From Ignavibacteriaceae bacterium (lineage in GTDB: Bacteria > Bacteroidota > Ignavibacteria > Ignavibacteriales > Ignavibacteriaceae), in assembly GCA_013360295.1 (NCBI GenBank), contig JABWCL010000024.1, positions 1,529 through 65,528 on the forward strand: a stretch of 64,000 nt of DNA, in the 5' to 3' direction. Position 1 is the stretch's first letter. Each line of letters starts with the position of its first letter. Below are positions 7,729 to 20,310 of this stretch, one piece after another. Under the pieces are notes generated by a model. That model ran no database searches, had not been told where the DNA came from, and saw only the letters and a list, made by a program, of their open reading frames with translations. Position numbers and translations under genes: made by a program.

Positions 7729-10700
7729 TTGGATAAGTCAAGAGTATCATTCGGCAAAATTAATCCGGTTCTGGATCTTCCGGACCTGCTCGCTATTCAA
7801 AAGGATTCTTTTGAAGAGTTTATGCAGCAGAATATTCCCCCAAAGAAGAGGGATGCTTCTAGAGGGCTACAGGAAGTGTTCTCATCCAACTTTCCTATAT
7901 TCGATAATAAAGAAAATTTCAGGCTCGACTTTATTGAGTATCACGTCGATAAGCCGAGGTATAGCGTTACCGAATGCCTGGAAAAGGGCCTGACCTATTC
8001 AGCGCCTCTAAAAGCAAAATTAAGGCTGTCGCAGAAAGACCCCGAGACACAGGAATTTATTAACTCGGTTGAGCAGGAAGTCTATCTCGGAAATCTTCCG
8101 TTTATGACTGACAGCGCGACTTTTATTATCAACGGTTCGGAAAGAGTTGTTGTTTCACAGCTCCACCGCTCTCCAGGTGTAGCTTTTTCCCAAACCATCC
8201 ACCCCAACGGTACACCGCTCTATGCCGCGAGGATCATTCCTCTTAAGGGTTCCTGGGTTGAGTTTGCAACGGATATTAACTATATCCTTTACTGCTATAT
8301 TGACCGCAGGAAGAAATTCCCCGCTACCACGCTTCTCAGGGCGCTCGGTTACACCACCGATGAGCAAATACTTGAGCTCTTCGACCTGAATGAAGAAGTC
8401 GACCTTAACGGCATTGACCTTAACGAACTCAACGGCAGGGTTGTTGCGACTGATATATTTGATATGAATACCGGCGAAATCTTCCTCACACGCGAAAGCA
8501 TTATTGGTGATGAGGATATTGAACGTATCAGGGAATCTGAAATTGAATCAATAAAACTTTTAAAATCCGACCTCAATGTTGATCAGGATTTAATACTTAA
8601 TACCCTGAGAAAAGACGGTACTCATTCTGTTGAAGAAGCGCTTTTCTCTATCTACCGCCAGTTAAGAACCGGCGAGGCGCCTGATGTTGAAACAGCTCAG
8701 TCGCTTATAGATAAGTTATTCTTTAACGACAAACGTTATGACCTGGGTGATGTCGGCCGTCACAGGATGAATGATAAACTGAAGGTTAATGTTGAGGAGA
8801 CCAAGACCGTTCTTACAATCGAGGATATTATTTCGATAATGAAATATATCATTAAGATGAAAGACGAAAACGTTTCTTCTGATGATATTGATCACCTTGG
8901 TAACAGAAGGATCAGGACTGTCGGCGAACAGCTGCAGCAGCAGTTCAACGTCGGTGTCGCCCGTATGGCCAGAACGATCAAAGAGCGTATGAACATACGT
9001 GATGCCGAGACTTTCACGCCTCAGGATCTCGTAAATGCAAGAACCATCAGCAGTGTTATTAACGCGTTTTTCGGAACCAATCAGCTCTCACAGTTCATGG
9101 ATCAGACTAATCCGCTTTCTGAATTGACTCATAAAAGAAGGATGTCTGCACTCGGACCGGGCGGTCTTACCCGTGAGAGAGCAGGATTTGAAGTTCGTGA
9201 CGTGCATTACACTCACTACGGACGCCTCTGCCCTATCGAAACACCCGAAGGTCCGAACATTGGTCTTATTTCTTCACTCACCATTTATTCAAGAGTAAAC
9301 CGCTACGGATTCCTTGAATCTCCTTACAGGCCGGTGAAGAAAGCTAAAGTTCTTGATGAAGTAATATATTTGACTGCGGAACAGGAAGACTTACACGTCA
9401 TCGCTCAGGCGAATACGCCTCTCAACGAAAAGAATGAATTTACTCAGAAGAGAGTAAAGTCAAGAGAAAAGGGAGATTTTCCCGTTAAATCGGTTGATGA
9501 AATCCAGTACATGGACGTTGCACCGTCACAGATTGTGAGCGCGGCAGCAGCCCTTATCCCATTTCTTGAGCACGATGATGCTAACCGCGCGCTGATGGGT
9601 TCTAACATGCAGCGCCAGGCAGTTCCGCTTCTTCTTCCCCAGGCGCCGATTGTTGGTACCGGTCTCGAAGGAAAAGTCGCTCGTGATTCCAGGGCTATCA
9701 TCGTCGCTGAAGATGACGGTGTTGTACGTTATGTTGACTCACAGAGAATTGAACTTGAATACGATATAAACCCGAATTCACCGGAGGCTCTGACCAGTTT
9801 CCACGATATCAGGATAAAGAGTTATAAACTCGTAAAGTTTGCCGGTACAAATCAGGAAACCAGTATAACCCAGAAGCCTATTGTGAAACTCGGTCAGAAA
9901 GTTAAAAAAGGGGATGTGCTCGCTGACGGTTTCGCTACTCAGGGCGGTGAACTTGCTCTCGGCAGAAACGTGCTTGTCGCGTTTATGCCCTGGAGAGGTT
10001 ACAACTTTGAAGACGCAATAATACTGAGCGAGAACCTTGTATCTAACGATATTTACACTTCTATTCATATAGAAGAATTTGAACTCCAGGTACGTGAAAC
10101 AAAACGCGGGGAGGAAGAACTTACCCGTGAAATTCCGAACGTAAGTGATGAAGCCGTAAAGAATCTTGATGAAGACGGTATCATCAGAGTCGGCGCGGAA
10201 GTTAAAGAGGGAGATATCCTCATCGGAAAGATCACTCCCAAAGGCGAGACGGATCCCACTCCGGAAGAGAAACTCCTCCGTGCCATATTCGGAGATAAAG
10301 CCGGTGACGTGAAGGATGCATCCCTTAAGGCGCCTCCGGGGCTGAGAGGCACGGTTATAAAGACCCGTCTGTTCAGCAGAAAGAAAAAAGATTCTGAGAC
10401 CAAGAAGAGCGAAAAGAAACAGCTCGATCAGCTTGAGTCATCACATAAACAGAAAATGGAATCGCTCTACGCTATGCTCGTGGAGAAACTTGTGAAGATA
10501 TGCGACGGACAAACATCCATCGGTATCAGAAATCTTGACGGCAGTATAGTGCTTAAATCAGGCGCGACCATAAAGGAAAGTACATTTACCGATAAGGAAG
10601 ACGTTCGCAACCTTGATTATACTACTGACTGGGTTGAAAGCAAGAAGGTCAATAACCTCATTAAGACCCTTTACAGGAATTACTTCGAGTATCTGAATGA

Positions 10701-11490
10701 TCTGGAAGAAGAATATAAACGTAATAAACTAAAGATTCAAACAGGCGATGAACTTCCTCCGGGAATTGTTCAGTTAGCAAAAGTTTATGTCGCCAAGAAA
10801 CGTAAGATTCAGGTAGGCGATAAGATGGCAGGTCGCCACGGTAACAAAGGTGTTGTCGCGAAGGTAGTACCTGTTGAAGATATGCCTCACCTTGCTGACG
10901 GCACACCTGTTGATATCATTCTCAACCCGCTTGGCGTGCCTTCCCGTATGAACCTCGGGCAGTTGTACGAAACCGCTTTGGGCTGGGTAGGTAAAAAGCT
11001 GGGAATGAAGTTTGCAACCCCTGTCTTCGACGGCGCGAAAGTTGAAGATGTTGAAGATTGGCTTGAAAAAGCCGGCATCCCCAGAGGATGTAAGACAGTA
11101 TTAACCGACGGACGGAGCGGTGAAGCCTTCCATCAGCCGGTAACCTGCGGGTATATATATATGATGAAACTTAGCCACCTTGTTGACGATAAAATTCACG
11201 CTCGCTCGACGGGACCATACTCGCTCATTACACAGCAGCCTCTCGGCGGTAAAGCCCAGTTCGGCGGTCAGAGGTTCGGTGAAATGGAAGTATGGGCGCT
11301 TGAAGCTTATGGCGCTTCGCACATCCTCCAGGAAATACTCACGGTTAAATCCGATGACGTTCCGGGAAGGGCAAAAGTGTATGAAGCTATCGTTAAAGGT
11401 GAGAATGTTCAGGAACCTAACGTTCCCGAATCGTTCAACGTACTTATCAAAGAACTCCACGGTCTCGGCCTGGATGTCGAAGTAAGATAA
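7729..11490 (+). CDS. rpoB: DNA-directed RNA polymerase subunit beta
   Basis: 1253 aa, TTG start. Motifs include GNRRIRTVGE, MGSNMQRQAVPL and GDKMAGRHGNKGV. Confidence 0.99.
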   Translation: MDKSRVSFGKINPVLDLPDLLAIQKDSFEEFMQQNIPPKKRDASRGLQEVFSSNFPIFDNKENFRLDFIEYHVDKPRYSVTECLEKGLTYSAPLKAKLRLSQKDPETQEFINSVEQEVYLGNLPFMTDSATFIINGSERVVVSQLHRSPGVAFSQTIHPNGTPLYAARIIPLKGSWVEFATDINYILYCYIDRRKKFPATTLLRALGYTTDEQILELFDLNEEVDLNGIDLNELNGRVVATDIFDMNTGEIFLTRESIIGDEDIERIRESEIESIKLLKSDLNVDQDLILNTLRKDGTHSVEEALFSIYRQLRTGEAPDVETAQSLIDKLFFNDKRYDLGDVGRHRMNDKLKVNVEETKTVLTIEDIISIMKYIIKMKDENVSSDDIDHLGNRRIRTVGEQLQQQFNVGVARMARTIKERMNIRDAETFTPQDLVNARTISSVINAFFGTNQLSQFMDQTNPLSELTHKRRMSALGPGGLTRERAGFEVRDVHYTHYGRLCPIETPEGPNIGLISSLTIYSRVNRYGFLESPYRPVKKAKVLDEVIYLTAEQEDLHVIAQANTPLNEKNEFTQKRVKSREKGDFPVKSVDEIQYMDVAPSQIVSAAAALIPFLEHDDANRALMGSNMQRQAVPLLLPQAPIVGTGLEGKVARDSRAIIVAEDDGVVRYVDSQRIELEYDINPNSPEALTSFHDIRIKSYKLVKFAGTNQETSITQKPIVKLGQKVKKGDVLADGFATQGGELALGRNVLVAFMPWRGYNFEDAIILSENLVSNDIYTSIHIEEFELQVRETKRGEEELTREIPNVSDEAVKNLDEDGIIRVGAEVKEGDILIGKITPKGETDPTPEEKLLRAIFGDKAGDVKDASLKAPPGLRGTVIKTRLFSRKKKDSETKKSEKKQLDQLESSHKQKMESLYAMLVEKLVKICDGQTSIGIRNLDGSIVLKSGATIKESTFTDKEDVRNLDYTTDWVESKKVNNLIKTLYRNYFEYLNDLEEEYKRNKLKIQTGDELPPGIVQLAKVYVAKKRKIQVGDKMAGRHGNKGVVAKVVPVEDMPHLADGTPVDIILNPLGVPSRMNLGQLYETALGWVGKKLGMKFATPVFDGAKVEDVEDWLEKAGIPRGCKTVLTDGRSGEAFHQPVTCGYIYMMKLSHLVDDKIHARSTGPYSLITQQPLGGKAQFGGQRFGEMEVWALEAYGASHILQEILTVKSDDVPGRAKVYEAIVKGENVQEPNVPESFNVLIKELHGLGLDVEVR

Positions 11491-11523
11491 CGTTTAACAT
11501 TTTATAATAGTAATTGGAGATTT

Positions 11524-14500
11524 TTGATGATTACAAGAACCCCTGATAGTGCGATTAAAGACATAGATAGTTTGGTTATTACCCTATCGAGCCCTAACGA
11601 TATTATCGAGAGGTCCAGAGGCGAGGTTACCAAGCCCGAAACAATCAACTACCGTTCTTACAGACCGGAAAAAGAAGGATTGTTCTGCGAAAAAATATTC
11701 GGGCCTACCCGCGACTGGGAATGCTATTGCGGTAAATATAAGAGGATCAGGTATCGTGGTATCGTGTGCGACAGATGCGGTGTTGAGGTTACTCAGAAGA
11801 GTGTAAGACGTGAAAGAATGGGACACATCGGGCTTGCAGTTCCGGTTGTGCATATCTGGTTTTTCAGATCACTCCCTTCCAAAATCGGAAACATGCTGGG
11901 CTTCAGTACGAAAGAACTTGAAAGGATTATTTATTACGAATCCTACGTAGTAATGAATCCGGGTCCGACTGGTTTGAAGAAAAATGACCTCATTACCGAG
12001 GAGCAGTATTTCGAAATTCTGAATTCACTCCCCGCGGGGAATGATAAGCTCGATAATAAAGACCCGAATAAATTTTACGCTAAAATAGGCGGTGACGCTA
12101 TTAAAGAACTCCTTAAGGAGATGGACGTTGAAGAACTGTTCCATATTCTTAAAGAGCAGTATAAAATTGAGACATCTCAGCAGAAAAAAGATGAGATTCT
12201 CAAGAGACTAAAAGTAATTGAAGCCTTCCGTCCGAAAGAAGGAAAGAAAGAAAACCGTCCCGAGTGGATGGTTCTCAGTTACATTCCTGTAATTCCGCCG
12301 GAACTTCGTCCGTTGGTGCCACTCGAAGGCGGCAGGTTCGCTACAAGCGACCTTAATGACCTCTATAGAAGAGTCATTATCCGTAATAACCGTCTTAAGA
12401 GACTGCTTGATATTAAAGCTCCCGAAGTAATTCTCAGAAATGAAAAGAGGATGCTACAGGAAGCAGTTGACGCTCTCTTTGATAACTCAAGAAGAGGAAG
12501 CGCTGTCAGAAGCGATAATAACCGTCCGCTCAAATCTTTAAGCGATATGCTTAAAGGGAAGCAGGGAAGATTCCGTCAGAACCTTCTCGGGAAACGCGTT
12601 GACTACTCCGGCCGTTCGGTTATCGTTGTCGGTCCTGAGTTGAAACTGCATCAGTGCGGCCTTCCAAAAGATATGGCGGTAGAGCTTTTCAAACCGTTTA
12701 TTATCAGGAAACTGATTGAGCGCGGTCATAATAAAGTGGTGAAGAGCGCTAAAAAAGTTGTTGAGAAAAAAGACCCGATCATCTGGGAAATTCTCGAGAA
12801 GATTATTGACGGTCACCCGGTATTATTGAACAGGGCGCCTACGCTTCACAGGCTCGGTATCCAGGCTTTTCAGCCGGTGCTAATTGACGAGAAAGCAATA
12901 AGGCTGCACCCGATGGTATGTACCGCATTTAACGCGGACTTCGACGGTGATCAGATGGCGGTTCATATTCCGCTTGCGCATGAAGCACAGCTTGAAGCAC
13001 AATTGCTAATGCTTAGCAGTCATAACATTCTTTCTCCGCAGAACGGCGGGCCGATCGTTGTTCCTACACAGGATATCGTTCTCGGCGCTTACTATTTAAC
13101 AAAACGCCGTGACGGCGTGCAGGGTGAAGGAATGGTCTTCGCCAATGCTGATGAAGTGCTTATAGCATACAACAGCCGCGTTGTATCACTCCACGCCAGG
13201 ATAAAAGTTAGAATAGACGGCAAGCTTATTGAAACCACTACCGGGCGCGTGATCTTTAACAGGATCGTTCCTAAAGAGATGGGCTTTTACAACCAGCTTC
13301 TTATCAAGAAGACTTTTAGCTCATTTATCGGGAACATGTTCTATAAACTTGGCAATAAAGTAACCGCCAAATTCCTGGATGACCTGAAAGATCTTGGATT
13401 CAAATACGCGACCGCGGGCGGCCTTTCGATCAGCTTTACGGATCTTATTGTTCCTGCTGAAAAGGAAACACTTGTTAACAACGCCAATAAAGCCGCTGAA
13501 AAAGTTATGAACGAGTACGAAGGCGGTGTTATCACGGAAACCGAGCGTTATAACAAAATTATTGATATCTGGACCCATACTACGAACGACGTAGCAAAAG
13601 TACTTATGGATAAACTGAAGAACGCCGAAGGCGGTTTTAATCCAACAGCAATGATGGTTGATTCCGGCGCGAGAGGTTCTTCGGAACAGGTTCGTCAGTT
13701 AGCCGGTATGAGAGGACTTATGATGAAACCGCAGAAGTCTTTAACAGGCCAAACCGGTGAAATTATTGAGAACCCGATCATCGCTAACTTCAAAGAAGGC
13801 TTATCCGTGTTGGAATACTTCATTTCAACTCACGGTGCGCGTAAAGGTCTTGCTGATACCGCGCTTAAAACAGCTGATGCGGGTTACCTTACTAGAAGGC
13901 TTGTTGACGTAGCGCAGGATGTTATCATCAGCGATATTGACTGCGGTACTATTCTCGGAATTCACATTCAGGCGCTAAAAGACGTCGAAGAAGAAAGAGA
14001 ACCGCTCGCAGAAAGAATCATCGGCAGGGTTACGCAGGAAGATATTTACGAGCCAAGAACAGATGAACTGATAATTGCCGCCGGCGAAATGATCACAGAA
14101 GATATCGCTGCCCGAATTGAGGACGCGAACATCGAGCAGGTGTTCATCCGTACGGTACTTACCTGCGAATCAAGACACGGCGTTTGCGCTAAGTGTTACG
14201 GAAGAAACCTTACCAACGGAAAAATGGTAGAAGTCGGAGAGGCTGTGGGAGTTATTGCCGCACAGTCAATCGGTGAGCCTGGTACACAGCTTACCCTTCG
14301 TACATTCCACCTTGGTGGTACCTCTGCCCGTATCGCTGTGCAGTCGCAGGTTGAAACAGCAGTTGCTGGTGTGGTCAGGTTCAATCGCGTGATCTCTGTT
14401 GACAGGGATTCCTTTAACTCGAATGCGAAGATAAAGGTAGTTACGGGTCGCCGTGGTGGTATTGAGATCTATGACGAAAATGAAAACCTGATTAAGAAAT

Positions 14501-15774
14501 ATGATGTTCCTTACGGTGCTGAATTACTCGTGCACGAAGGTCAGAAGGTCGCGAAGAAAACACCGCTTTATAATCACGATCCGCATAACACACTGATACT
14601 TACAGATATAGCCGGTACAGTCAGGTTTGTTGACCTTATTGATAACGTTACGATGCATCAGCACACTGACGACCAGACCGGGCACGTAATGAAAGAGGTG
14701 ATCGAACCGAAAGATAAAACGCTTTCACCGAGCATCGTGATCGAGAATCCTGACGGAACTACCAAAACATTCAACATTCCTTCAAAAGCTATTCTGTCGG
14801 TTGAAGATAAAAGTACTGTTACAGCAGGATTTATCCTTGCGAAGATATCCAAACAAGCATCCAAGACAAGGGATATTACCGGCGGTCTCCCGAGAGTTAC
14901 CGAACTTTTCGAGGCGAGAAGCCCGCAGGATCCGGCGATCATCAGCGATATCGAAGGTATTGTGAAATTCGGAGCCAAGAAAAAAGGATCGAGAGAAATT
15001 ATTGTTACAGCCGTTGACGGATCTGACGAGAAAAAATACACCGTTCCCGGCAGCAAACACATTCTTGTTCAGGATGGCGATGAAATCCCTGCCGGTGAAA
15101 AGATCACTGACGGACCGATCAATCCGCATGATATTCTCAGGATCAAAGGTACAAACGCGGTGCAGGAGTACCTGGTGAATGAAATTCAGGACGTTTACCG
15201 CCTGCAGGGTGTGAAGATCAATGATAAGCACATCGAAGTTATTGTAAAACAGATGCTGCAGAAAGTCAGGATAGAATCACCGGGCGATACCAGGTTCCTT
15301 GAAGAAGATCACGTTGATAAATCAGATATTTTTGAAGAGAATCAGCGTATGCTGAATTCAGTGGTAATTGTTGAAAAAGGTGACTCCAAACTCAAAGAAG
15401 GTACCCTTATCACAAAGAACAAACACCGTGAATTGACTGCTGACCTTAAGCGCAAGAATAAAAAGCTTCCTGAAGTACGGGATGCCGAACCTGCCACCTC
15501 AGGCAATATCCTGCTTGGCATCACATCGGCGGCACTGCAGACTGAAAGCTTTATTTCAGCCGCGTCATTCCAAGAGACAACCAAAGTGCTTGCCAACGCC
15601 GCTTCTATGGCGAAGGTTGATACCCTTAGGGGACTTAAGGAAAACGTGGTAATGGGACGACTTATCCCGGCAGGTACCGGATTGAAGAAGTACCGTTCAC
15701 TGGGACTTAAGTTTAAGGAAGAGGAGCCGGTTGTTGAAGAAACATCATCCTCTGACGAAGAGGTTCCTGCATAA
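11524..15774 (+). CDS. rpoC: DNA-directed RNA polymerase subunit beta'
   Basis: 1416 aa. Zn-finger [20 protein letters not shown] and catalytic [12 protein letters not shown]. The start is TTG at 11524 or ATG at 11527. Confidence 0.99.
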   Translation: MMITRTPDSAIKDIDSLVITLSSPNDIIERSRGEVTKPETINYRSYRPEKEGLFCEKIFGPTRDWECYCGKYKRIRYRGIVCDRCGVEVTQKSVRRERMGHIGLAVPVVHIWFFRSLPSKIGNMLGFSTKELERIIYYESYVVMNPGPTGLKKNDLITEEQYFEILNSLPAGNDKLDNKDPNKFYAKIGGDAIKELLKEMDVEELFHILKEQYKIETSQQKKDEILKRLKVIEAFRPKEGKKENRPEWMVLSYIPVIPPELRPLVPLEGGRFATSDLNDLYRRVIIRNNRLKRLLDIKAPEVILRNEKRMLQEAVDALFDNSRRGSAVRSDNNRPLKSLSDMLKGKQGRFRQNLLGKRVDYSGRSVIVVGPELKLHQCGLPKDMAVELFKPFIIRKLIERGHNKVVKSAKKVVEKKDPIIWEILEKIIDGHPVLLNRAPTLHRLGIQAFQPVLIDEKAIRLHPMVCTAFNADFDGDQMAVHIPLAHEAQLEAQLLMLSSHNILSPQNGGPIVVPTQDIVLGAYYLTKRRDGVQGEGMVFANADEVLIAYNSRVVSLHARIKVRIDGKLIETTTGRVIFNRIVPKEMGFYNQLLIKKTFSSFIGNMFYKLGNKVTAKFLDDLKDLGFKYATAGGLSISFTDLIVPAEKETLVNNANKAAEKVMNEYEGGVITETERYNKIIDIWTHTTNDVAKVLMDKLKNAEGGFNPTAMMVDSGARGSSEQVRQLAGMRGLMMKPQKSLTGQTGEIIENPIIANFKEGLSVLEYFISTHGARKGLADTALKTADAGYLTRRLVDVAQDVIISDIDCGTILGIHIQALKDVEEEREPLAERIIGRVTQEDIYEPRTDELIIAAGEMITEDIAARIEDANIEQVFIRTVLTCESRHGVCAKCYGRNLTNGKMVEVGEAVGVIAAQSIGEPGTQLTLRTFHLGGTSARIAVQSQVETAVAGVVRFNRVISVDRDSFNSNAKIKVVTGRRGGIEIYDENENLIKKYDVPYGAELLVHEGQKVAKKTPLYNHDPHNTLILTDIAGTVRFVDLIDNVTMHQHTDDQTGHVMKEVIEPKDKTLSPSIVIENPDGTTKTFNIPSKAILSVEDKSTVTAGFILAKISKQASKTRDITGGLPRVTELFEARSPQDPAIISDIEGIVKFGAKKKGSREIIVTAVDGSDEKKYTVPGSKHILVQDGDEIPAGEKITDGPINPHDILRIKGTNAVQEYLVNEIQDVYRLQGVKINDKHIEVIVKQMLQKVRIESPGDTRFLEEDHVDKSDIFEENQRMLNSVVIVEKGDSKLKEGTLITKNKHRELTADLKRKNKKLPEVRDAEPATSGNILLGITSAALQTESFISAASFQETTKVLANAASMAKVDTLRGLKENVVMGRLIPAGTGLKKYRSLGLKFKEEEPVVEETSSSDEEVPA

Positions 15775-15795
15775 GGATTCCCTCAGAATTATTCA

Positions 15796-15830
15796 AGAGA
15801 TTCTTCCTCCGGGGGGAATCTCTTTTTTTT
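15796..15830 (+). terminator. Intrinsic terminator after rpoC
   Basis: AGAGATTC (15796-15803) pairs with GAATCTCT (15816-15823), followed by TTTTTTT. Confidence 0.75.
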
Positions 15831-15894
15831 GCTCCTCCCCGGGTTTTGGAGTAAAAATTTTTCCCTTAAAAGTGAAGATTTTATCATTCATTTC

Positions 15895-15923
15895 TTGACA
15901 TTAAATAATATTGTCCTTATATT
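15895..15923 (+). promoter_or_regulatory. Near-consensus sigma-70-type promoter of the str operon
   Basis: TTGACA (15895-15900), 17-nt spacer, TATATT (15918-15923). Lies 45 nt upstream of rpsL and directly after the rpoC terminator. Confidence 0.6.
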
Positions 15924-15967
15924 ATAGGTCTGAATTTTTTTAGATTTTTTACAAACAGGAGTATTTT

Positions 15968-16345
15968 TTGCCAACAATAAATCAATTGGTTAGAAAAGGT
16001 CGTGAGTCGGTTATAAGCAAGAACAAGGCCCCGGCACTGCAGGCTTGCCCTCAGAAGAGGGGTGTATGCACACGTGTGTATACTACAACCCCGAAAAAAC
16101 CTAATTCAGCTTTGAGAAAAGTTGCCAGGGTTAGGCTGACCAACAATATAGAAGTAACGGCATATATTCCTGGGGAAGGACACAACCTACAGGAACACTC
16201 GATCGTTCTGATCAGAGGTGGTAGGGTGAAGGATCTGCCGGGTGTCAGATACCACATCATCAGGGGTACGCTGGACACTAGCGGCGTTGAAGACAGGAAA
16301 CAGGCCCGCTCAAAATACGGAGCCAAGAAACCGAAAGGTAAATAA
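15968..16345 (+). CDS. rpsL: 30S ribosomal protein S12
   Basis: TTG start. [11 protein letters not shown]...[16 protein letters not shown]. Confidence 0.98.
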   Translation: MPTINQLVRKGRESVISKNKAPALQACPQKRGVCTRVYTTTPKKPNSALRKVARVRLTNNIEVTAYIPGEGHNLQEHSIVLIRGGRVKDLPGVRYHIIRGTLDTSGVEDRKQARSKYGAKKPKGK

Positions 16346-16353
16346 TTGTTAAT

Positions 16354-16821
16354 ATGAGAAAAAAGAGAGCTGAAAAAAGGTATATCAAACCAGATCCCAA
16401 ATTCAACGACTTGGTAGTCGCCAAATTCATCAATATTATGATGTATGACGGCAAGAAGTCGGTGACTCGTAACATGATCTACAAAGCGTTTGATATCATT
16501 GAGCAGAGAAGTAGTAAACCAGGTGTAGAAGTTTTCAAAAAAGCGATAAGCAATGCACAACCCTTAATCGAAGTTCGAAGCCGCAGGGTTGGAGGTGCAA
16601 CTTATCAGGTTCCCATGGAAGTCAGACCGGAAAGAAGATTAGCTTTAGCTTTTCGCTGGATCCGGACCTATTCAAGGGACCGCAACGAAAAATCGATGGC
16701 AGCCAAATTAGCTTCAGAGTTAATTGCTGCCTCCAACAATGAAGGTTCCGCAATAAAGAAGAAAGAAGATACCCACAAGATGGCTGAAGCCAACAAGGCT
16801 TTCGCTCACTTTAAGTGGTAA
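16354..16821 (+). CDS. rpsG: 30S ribosomal protein S7
   Basis: 155 aa. LIEVRSRRVGGATYQVPMEVRPERR. Confidence 0.98.
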   Translation: MRKKRAEKRYIKPDPKFNDLVVAKFINIMMYDGKKSVTRNMIYKAFDIIEQRSSKPGVEVFKKAISNAQPLIEVRSRRVGGATYQVPMEVRPERRLALAFRWIRTYSRDRNEKSMAAKLASELIAASNNEGSAIKKKEDTHKMAEANKAFAHFKW

Positions 16822-16822
16822 T

Positions 16823-16856
16823 ATAAAATACCCCTCCGGGCTATTTTATTTTTTTA
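16823..16856 (+). terminator. AT-rich hairpin with T-tract between rpsG and fusA (possible attenuator)
   Basis: ATAAAATACCC-ctcc-GGG(c)TATTTTAT followed by TTTTTTT. The stem is mostly A:T, so its strength is uncertain. Confidence 0.35.
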
Positions 16857-16891
16857 CAGATTATTTTAGATAAGGCTAAGATTTTATATAA

Positions 16892-18988
16892 ATGTCTAAG
16901 AATGTTCCTATAAATAGAGTTCGTAACATCGGCATTATGGCGCATATTGATGCTGGCAAGACGACTACTACCGAGAGAATTCTGTTCTACACCGGTAAGT
17001 CGCACCGCATCGGCGAAGTTCATGACGGGGCTGCCACAATGGATTGGATGGAGCAAGAGAAAGAACGTGGTATTACTATCACATCAGCAGCAACTACAAC
17101 TTCCTGGAGAGATCATCAGATCAATATCATTGATACTCCGGGCCACGTTGACTTTACAGTTGAGGTTGAAAGGTCTTTAAGGGTGCTTGACGGCGCTATC
17201 GCGTTATTTTGCGCGGTCGGCGGCGTTGAACCGCAGTCAGAGACTGTATGGCGCCAGGCTGATAAATACGGCGTTCCTCGTGTTGCTTTTATCAATAAGA
17301 TGGACCGTGTAGGAGCAGATTTTTTTAACGCCCTTAGTATGATCAAAGAAAGACTCGGAGCAAACGCTGTTCCAATCCTTCTTCCGATCGGCGAGGGTGA
17401 CTTGTTCGCTGGTATTATAGACCTGATTTCGAATAAGGCTATTATGTATCACGAGGATACACTCGGAACGACATTTGACGTGATCGACATTCCGAAGGAC
17501 CTTCAGACACTCGCGAATAAGTACAGAACTGAGATGCTTGAGGCTGTTTCTGATGTTGATGATACCCTTCTCGAGAAATATCTCGAAGGAAAAGAAATTT
17601 CAGAAGCGGAAATAACCGCGGTTCTCAGACAGGCAACAATTCAGTCAAAGATTATTCCTGTTCTCTGCGGCGCTTCTTTTAAGAATAAAGGTGTCCAGAA
17701 ATTACTTGACTCGGTTGTAGATTTTCTCCCTTCACCGATGGATCTTCCGCCGGTTGAAGCTCATCACATTGGAATAAATGATAAAGTTATTCGTAAGGTT
17801 GAAGAGAAAGAACAGTTCACTGCTCTTGCTTTCAAATTGATGAATGACCCTTATGTTGGTAAATTAACCTTCTTCAGAGTTTACTCCGGTAAGCTTGAAG
17901 CCGGCAGTTATGTTTACAACTCAGTGAGCGGTAAAAAAGAGAGAATCAGCAGGCTCCTTCAGATGCACGCCAACCATAGGGAAGACGTTTCTTCGGTAAG
18001 AGCCGGAGATATCGCGGCGGCAGTAGGTTTAAAATATACACGTACCGGTGACACACTCTGCCTTGAAGATGATCCGGTAGTATTAGAGAAAATTATATTT
18101 CCTGAACCGGTTATCCAGATTGCTATCGAACCAAAAACAAAAGCCGATCAGGATAAATTATCTGACGCGCTTTCAAAACTCGCTGATGAAGATCCGACAT
18201 TCAGGATCAAAGTTGATGATGAAACAGGGCAAACCCTCATCAGCGGTATGGGTGAACTTCATCTTGAAATTCTCATTGACAGAATGAAAAGGGAATTCAA
18301 AGTTGAAGCAAATGTTGGTAAACCACAGGTTGCATACAGAGAAACCATCACTCAGACAGTTGAAGTTGAAGGTAAGTTTATTAAACAGTCAGGCGGCCGC
18401 GGTAAATATGGCCACGTCTGGCTTGAAGTTTCACCGAATGAAGCAGGTAAAGGATATGAATTTACCAATGCAATTATCGGTGGAGTTGTTCCCAAGGAAT
18501 ATATTCCGGCCGTATCTGCCGGTGTACAGGAAGCTATGAGAAACGGTGTTGTTGCCGGTTATCCCGTAGTCGATGTTAAAGTGAAATTATTCGACGGTTC
18601 TTATCACGATGTTGACTCTGATGAACTGTCATTCAAAGTAGCAGGTTCTATCGGATTTAAAGAAGGGGCTCGTAAAGCAAAACCGATAGTGCTTGAACCG
18701 ATTATGTCAGTGGAAGTAATCACCCCTGAGGACTATCTCGGAGATGTAATGGGTGATCTGAATTCACGTAGGGGGAGAATTGAAGGATTTTCCGCAAGAA
18801 AAGACGCACAGGTTATCAAATCTCATGTCCCGCTTGCTGAAATGTTCGGATACGCGACCGTTCTGAGGTCAATGACCCAGGGCAGGGCAATATACACTAT
18901 GCAGTTCTCACACTATTCGGAAGTACCTAAGTCGATAGCTGATGAGATCGCAGAGAAGTCACTTGGAAAGAAAACAGTAGCGTCCTGA
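16892..18988 (+). CDS. fusA: Elongation factor G
   Basis: 698 aa. [37 protein letters not shown]. Confidence 0.99.
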   Translation: MSKNVPINRVRNIGIMAHIDAGKTTTTERILFYTGKSHRIGEVHDGAATMDWMEQEKERGITITSAATTTSWRDHQINIIDTPGHVDFTVEVERSLRVLDGAIALFCAVGGVEPQSETVWRQADKYGVPRVAFINKMDRVGADFFNALSMIKERLGANAVPILLPIGEGDLFAGIIDLISNKAIMYHEDTLGTTFDVIDIPKDLQTLANKYRTEMLEAVSDVDDTLLEKYLEGKEISEAEITAVLRQATIQSKIIPVLCGASFKNKGVQKLLDSVVDFLPSPMDLPPVEAHHIGINDKVIRKVEEKEQFTALAFKLMNDPYVGKLTFFRVYSGKLEAGSYVYNSVSGKKERISRLLQMHANHREDVSSVRAGDIAAAVGLKYTRTGDTLCLEDDPVVLEKIIFPEPVIQIAIEPKTKADQDKLSDALSKLADEDPTFRIKVDDETGQTLISGMGELHLEILIDRMKREFKVEANVGKPQVAYRETITQTVEVEGKFIKQSGGRGKYGHVWLEVSPNEAGKGYEFTNAIIGGVVPKEYIPAVSAGVQEAMRNGVVAGYPVVDVKVKLFDGSYHDVDSDELSFKVAGSIGFKEGARKAKPIVLEPIMSVEVITPEDYLGDVMGDLNSRRGRIEGFSARKDAQVIKSHVPLAEMFGYATVLRSMTQGRAIYTMQFSHYSEVPKSIADEIAEKSLGKKTVAS

Positions 18989-19030
18989 TTAAGTAAACAT
19001 TAATAATAGAGTAAATCATAGGAGAAATAG

Positions 19031-20236
19031 ATGGCAAAAGAAAAATTCGACAGAAGTAAGCCACACGTGAACGTTGGAACCATCGGACACGTTGACCACG
19101 GAAAAACCACACTAACCGCAGCTATTACAATGGCTCTGGCCAAAAAAGGACTTTCCGCAATCAGAACATTTGATAGTATTGATAACGCTCCCGAGGAAAG
19201 AGAGAGAGGTATCACTATCGCAACAGCGCACGTTGAGTACTCAACTGCGAACAGACATTATGCTCACGTTGACTGTCCCGGTCACGCTGACTATGTTAAG
19301 AACATGATCACCGGTGCTGCTCAGATGGACGGCGCTATTCTCGTAGTTGCTGCCACAGACGGCCCGATGCCTCAGACTAGGGAACACATCCTCCTCGCAC
19401 GCCAGGTAGGTGTTCCTAAGATCGTCGTATTTATGAACAAAGTTGATGCAGTTGACGATCCGGAACTCATTGAGTTAGTTGAAGTTGAAATCAGGGATCT
19501 TCTCTCCAAATATGAATTCCCGGGAGACGAAATTCCGATCATTAAAGGTTCAGCTCTCCACGCTCTCGAAGCAGGAGCTTCAAATGCTGATCCGAGTGAC
19601 CCAAGGTATAATTGCGTATGGGAATTAATGGACGCAGTTGACGCTTATGTTCCGATCCCGGAAAGAAGCGTTGATAAACCGTTCATTATGCCTGTTGAAG
19701 ACGTATTCTCAATCACCGGCCGTGGTACTGTTGCTACCGGCAGGGTTGAAAGAGGAACCGTAAAGCTCGGCGAAGAAGTTGAACTTATCGGTCTTGGTGT
19801 ACACAAGAAAACAGTTGTTACCGGTATCGAAATGTTCCGTAAAGAACTCGATAACGCATTTGCTGGTGATAACGCCGGATTGCTTTTAAGAGGTGTTGAT
19901 AAGAATGAAATCGAACGCGGAATGGTTCTTGCTAAGCCGGGTTCAATCACCCCTCATACCAACTTCGAAGGCGAAGTTTACGTATTGTCAAAAGAAGAAG
20001 GTGGACGTCATACTCCATTCTTCAACGGTTACAGGCCTCAGTTCTATTTCAGAACAACCGACGTTACCGGTGTAGCTACCCTTCCTGAAGGAACGGAAAT
20101 GGTTATGCCCGGTGATACGGTAAGGTTAAGCATTGAACTTATTGCTCCTATCGCTATGGAAGAGAAGCTCAGATTCGCTATCCGTGAAGGCGGCAGGACC
20201 GTAGGTTCCGGTGTAGTAACTAAAATTATTAAGTAA
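19031..20236 (+). CDS. tuf: Elongation factor Tu
   Basis: 401 aa. [30 protein letters not shown]. Confidence 0.99.
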   Translation: MAKEKFDRSKPHVNVGTIGHVDHGKTTLTAAITMALAKKGLSAIRTFDSIDNAPEERERGITIATAHVEYSTANRHYAHVDCPGHADYVKNMITGAAQMDGAILVVAATDGPMPQTREHILLARQVGVPKIVVFMNKVDAVDDPELIELVEVEIRDLLSKYEFPGDEIPIIKGSALHALEAGASNADPSDPRYNCVWELMDAVDAYVPIPERSVDKPFIMPVEDVFSITGRGTVATGRVERGTVKLGEEVELIGLGVHKKTVVTGIEMFRKELDNAFAGDNAGLLLRGVDKNEIERGMVLAKPGSITPHTNFEGEVYVLSKEEGGRHTPFFNGYRPQFYFRTTDVTGVATLPEGTEMVMPGDTVRLSIELIAPIAMEEKLRFAIREGGRTVGSGVVTKIIK

Positions 20237-20257
20237 TATAAATTCTTGATTATTATC

Positions 20258-20287
20258 AAAAAGGGAGTTTATCTCCCTTTTTGTTTC
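20258..20287 (+). terminator. Hairpin with T-rich tail between tuf and rpsJ (terminator or S10-leader attenuator)
   Basis: AAAAAGGGAG-tttat-CTCCCTTTTT then GTTTCTCT. Lies 24 nt upstream of the rpsJ GTG. Confidence 0.65.
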
Positions 20288-20310
20288 TCTAAAATTTAAG
20301 GAGTTAGTTA

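Noticed and set aside
8155-15596. About 20 ORFs of 60-150 aa on the minus strand or in alternative plus frames inside rpoB and rpoC (for example 8155-8367, 10065-10403, 14782-15231)
   Set aside because: They lie wholly within two strongly conserved, unambiguous genes. Their translations are low-complexity or Ser/Arg/Leu-rich, as expected for shadow frames. None has a recognisable motif or an independent start context.
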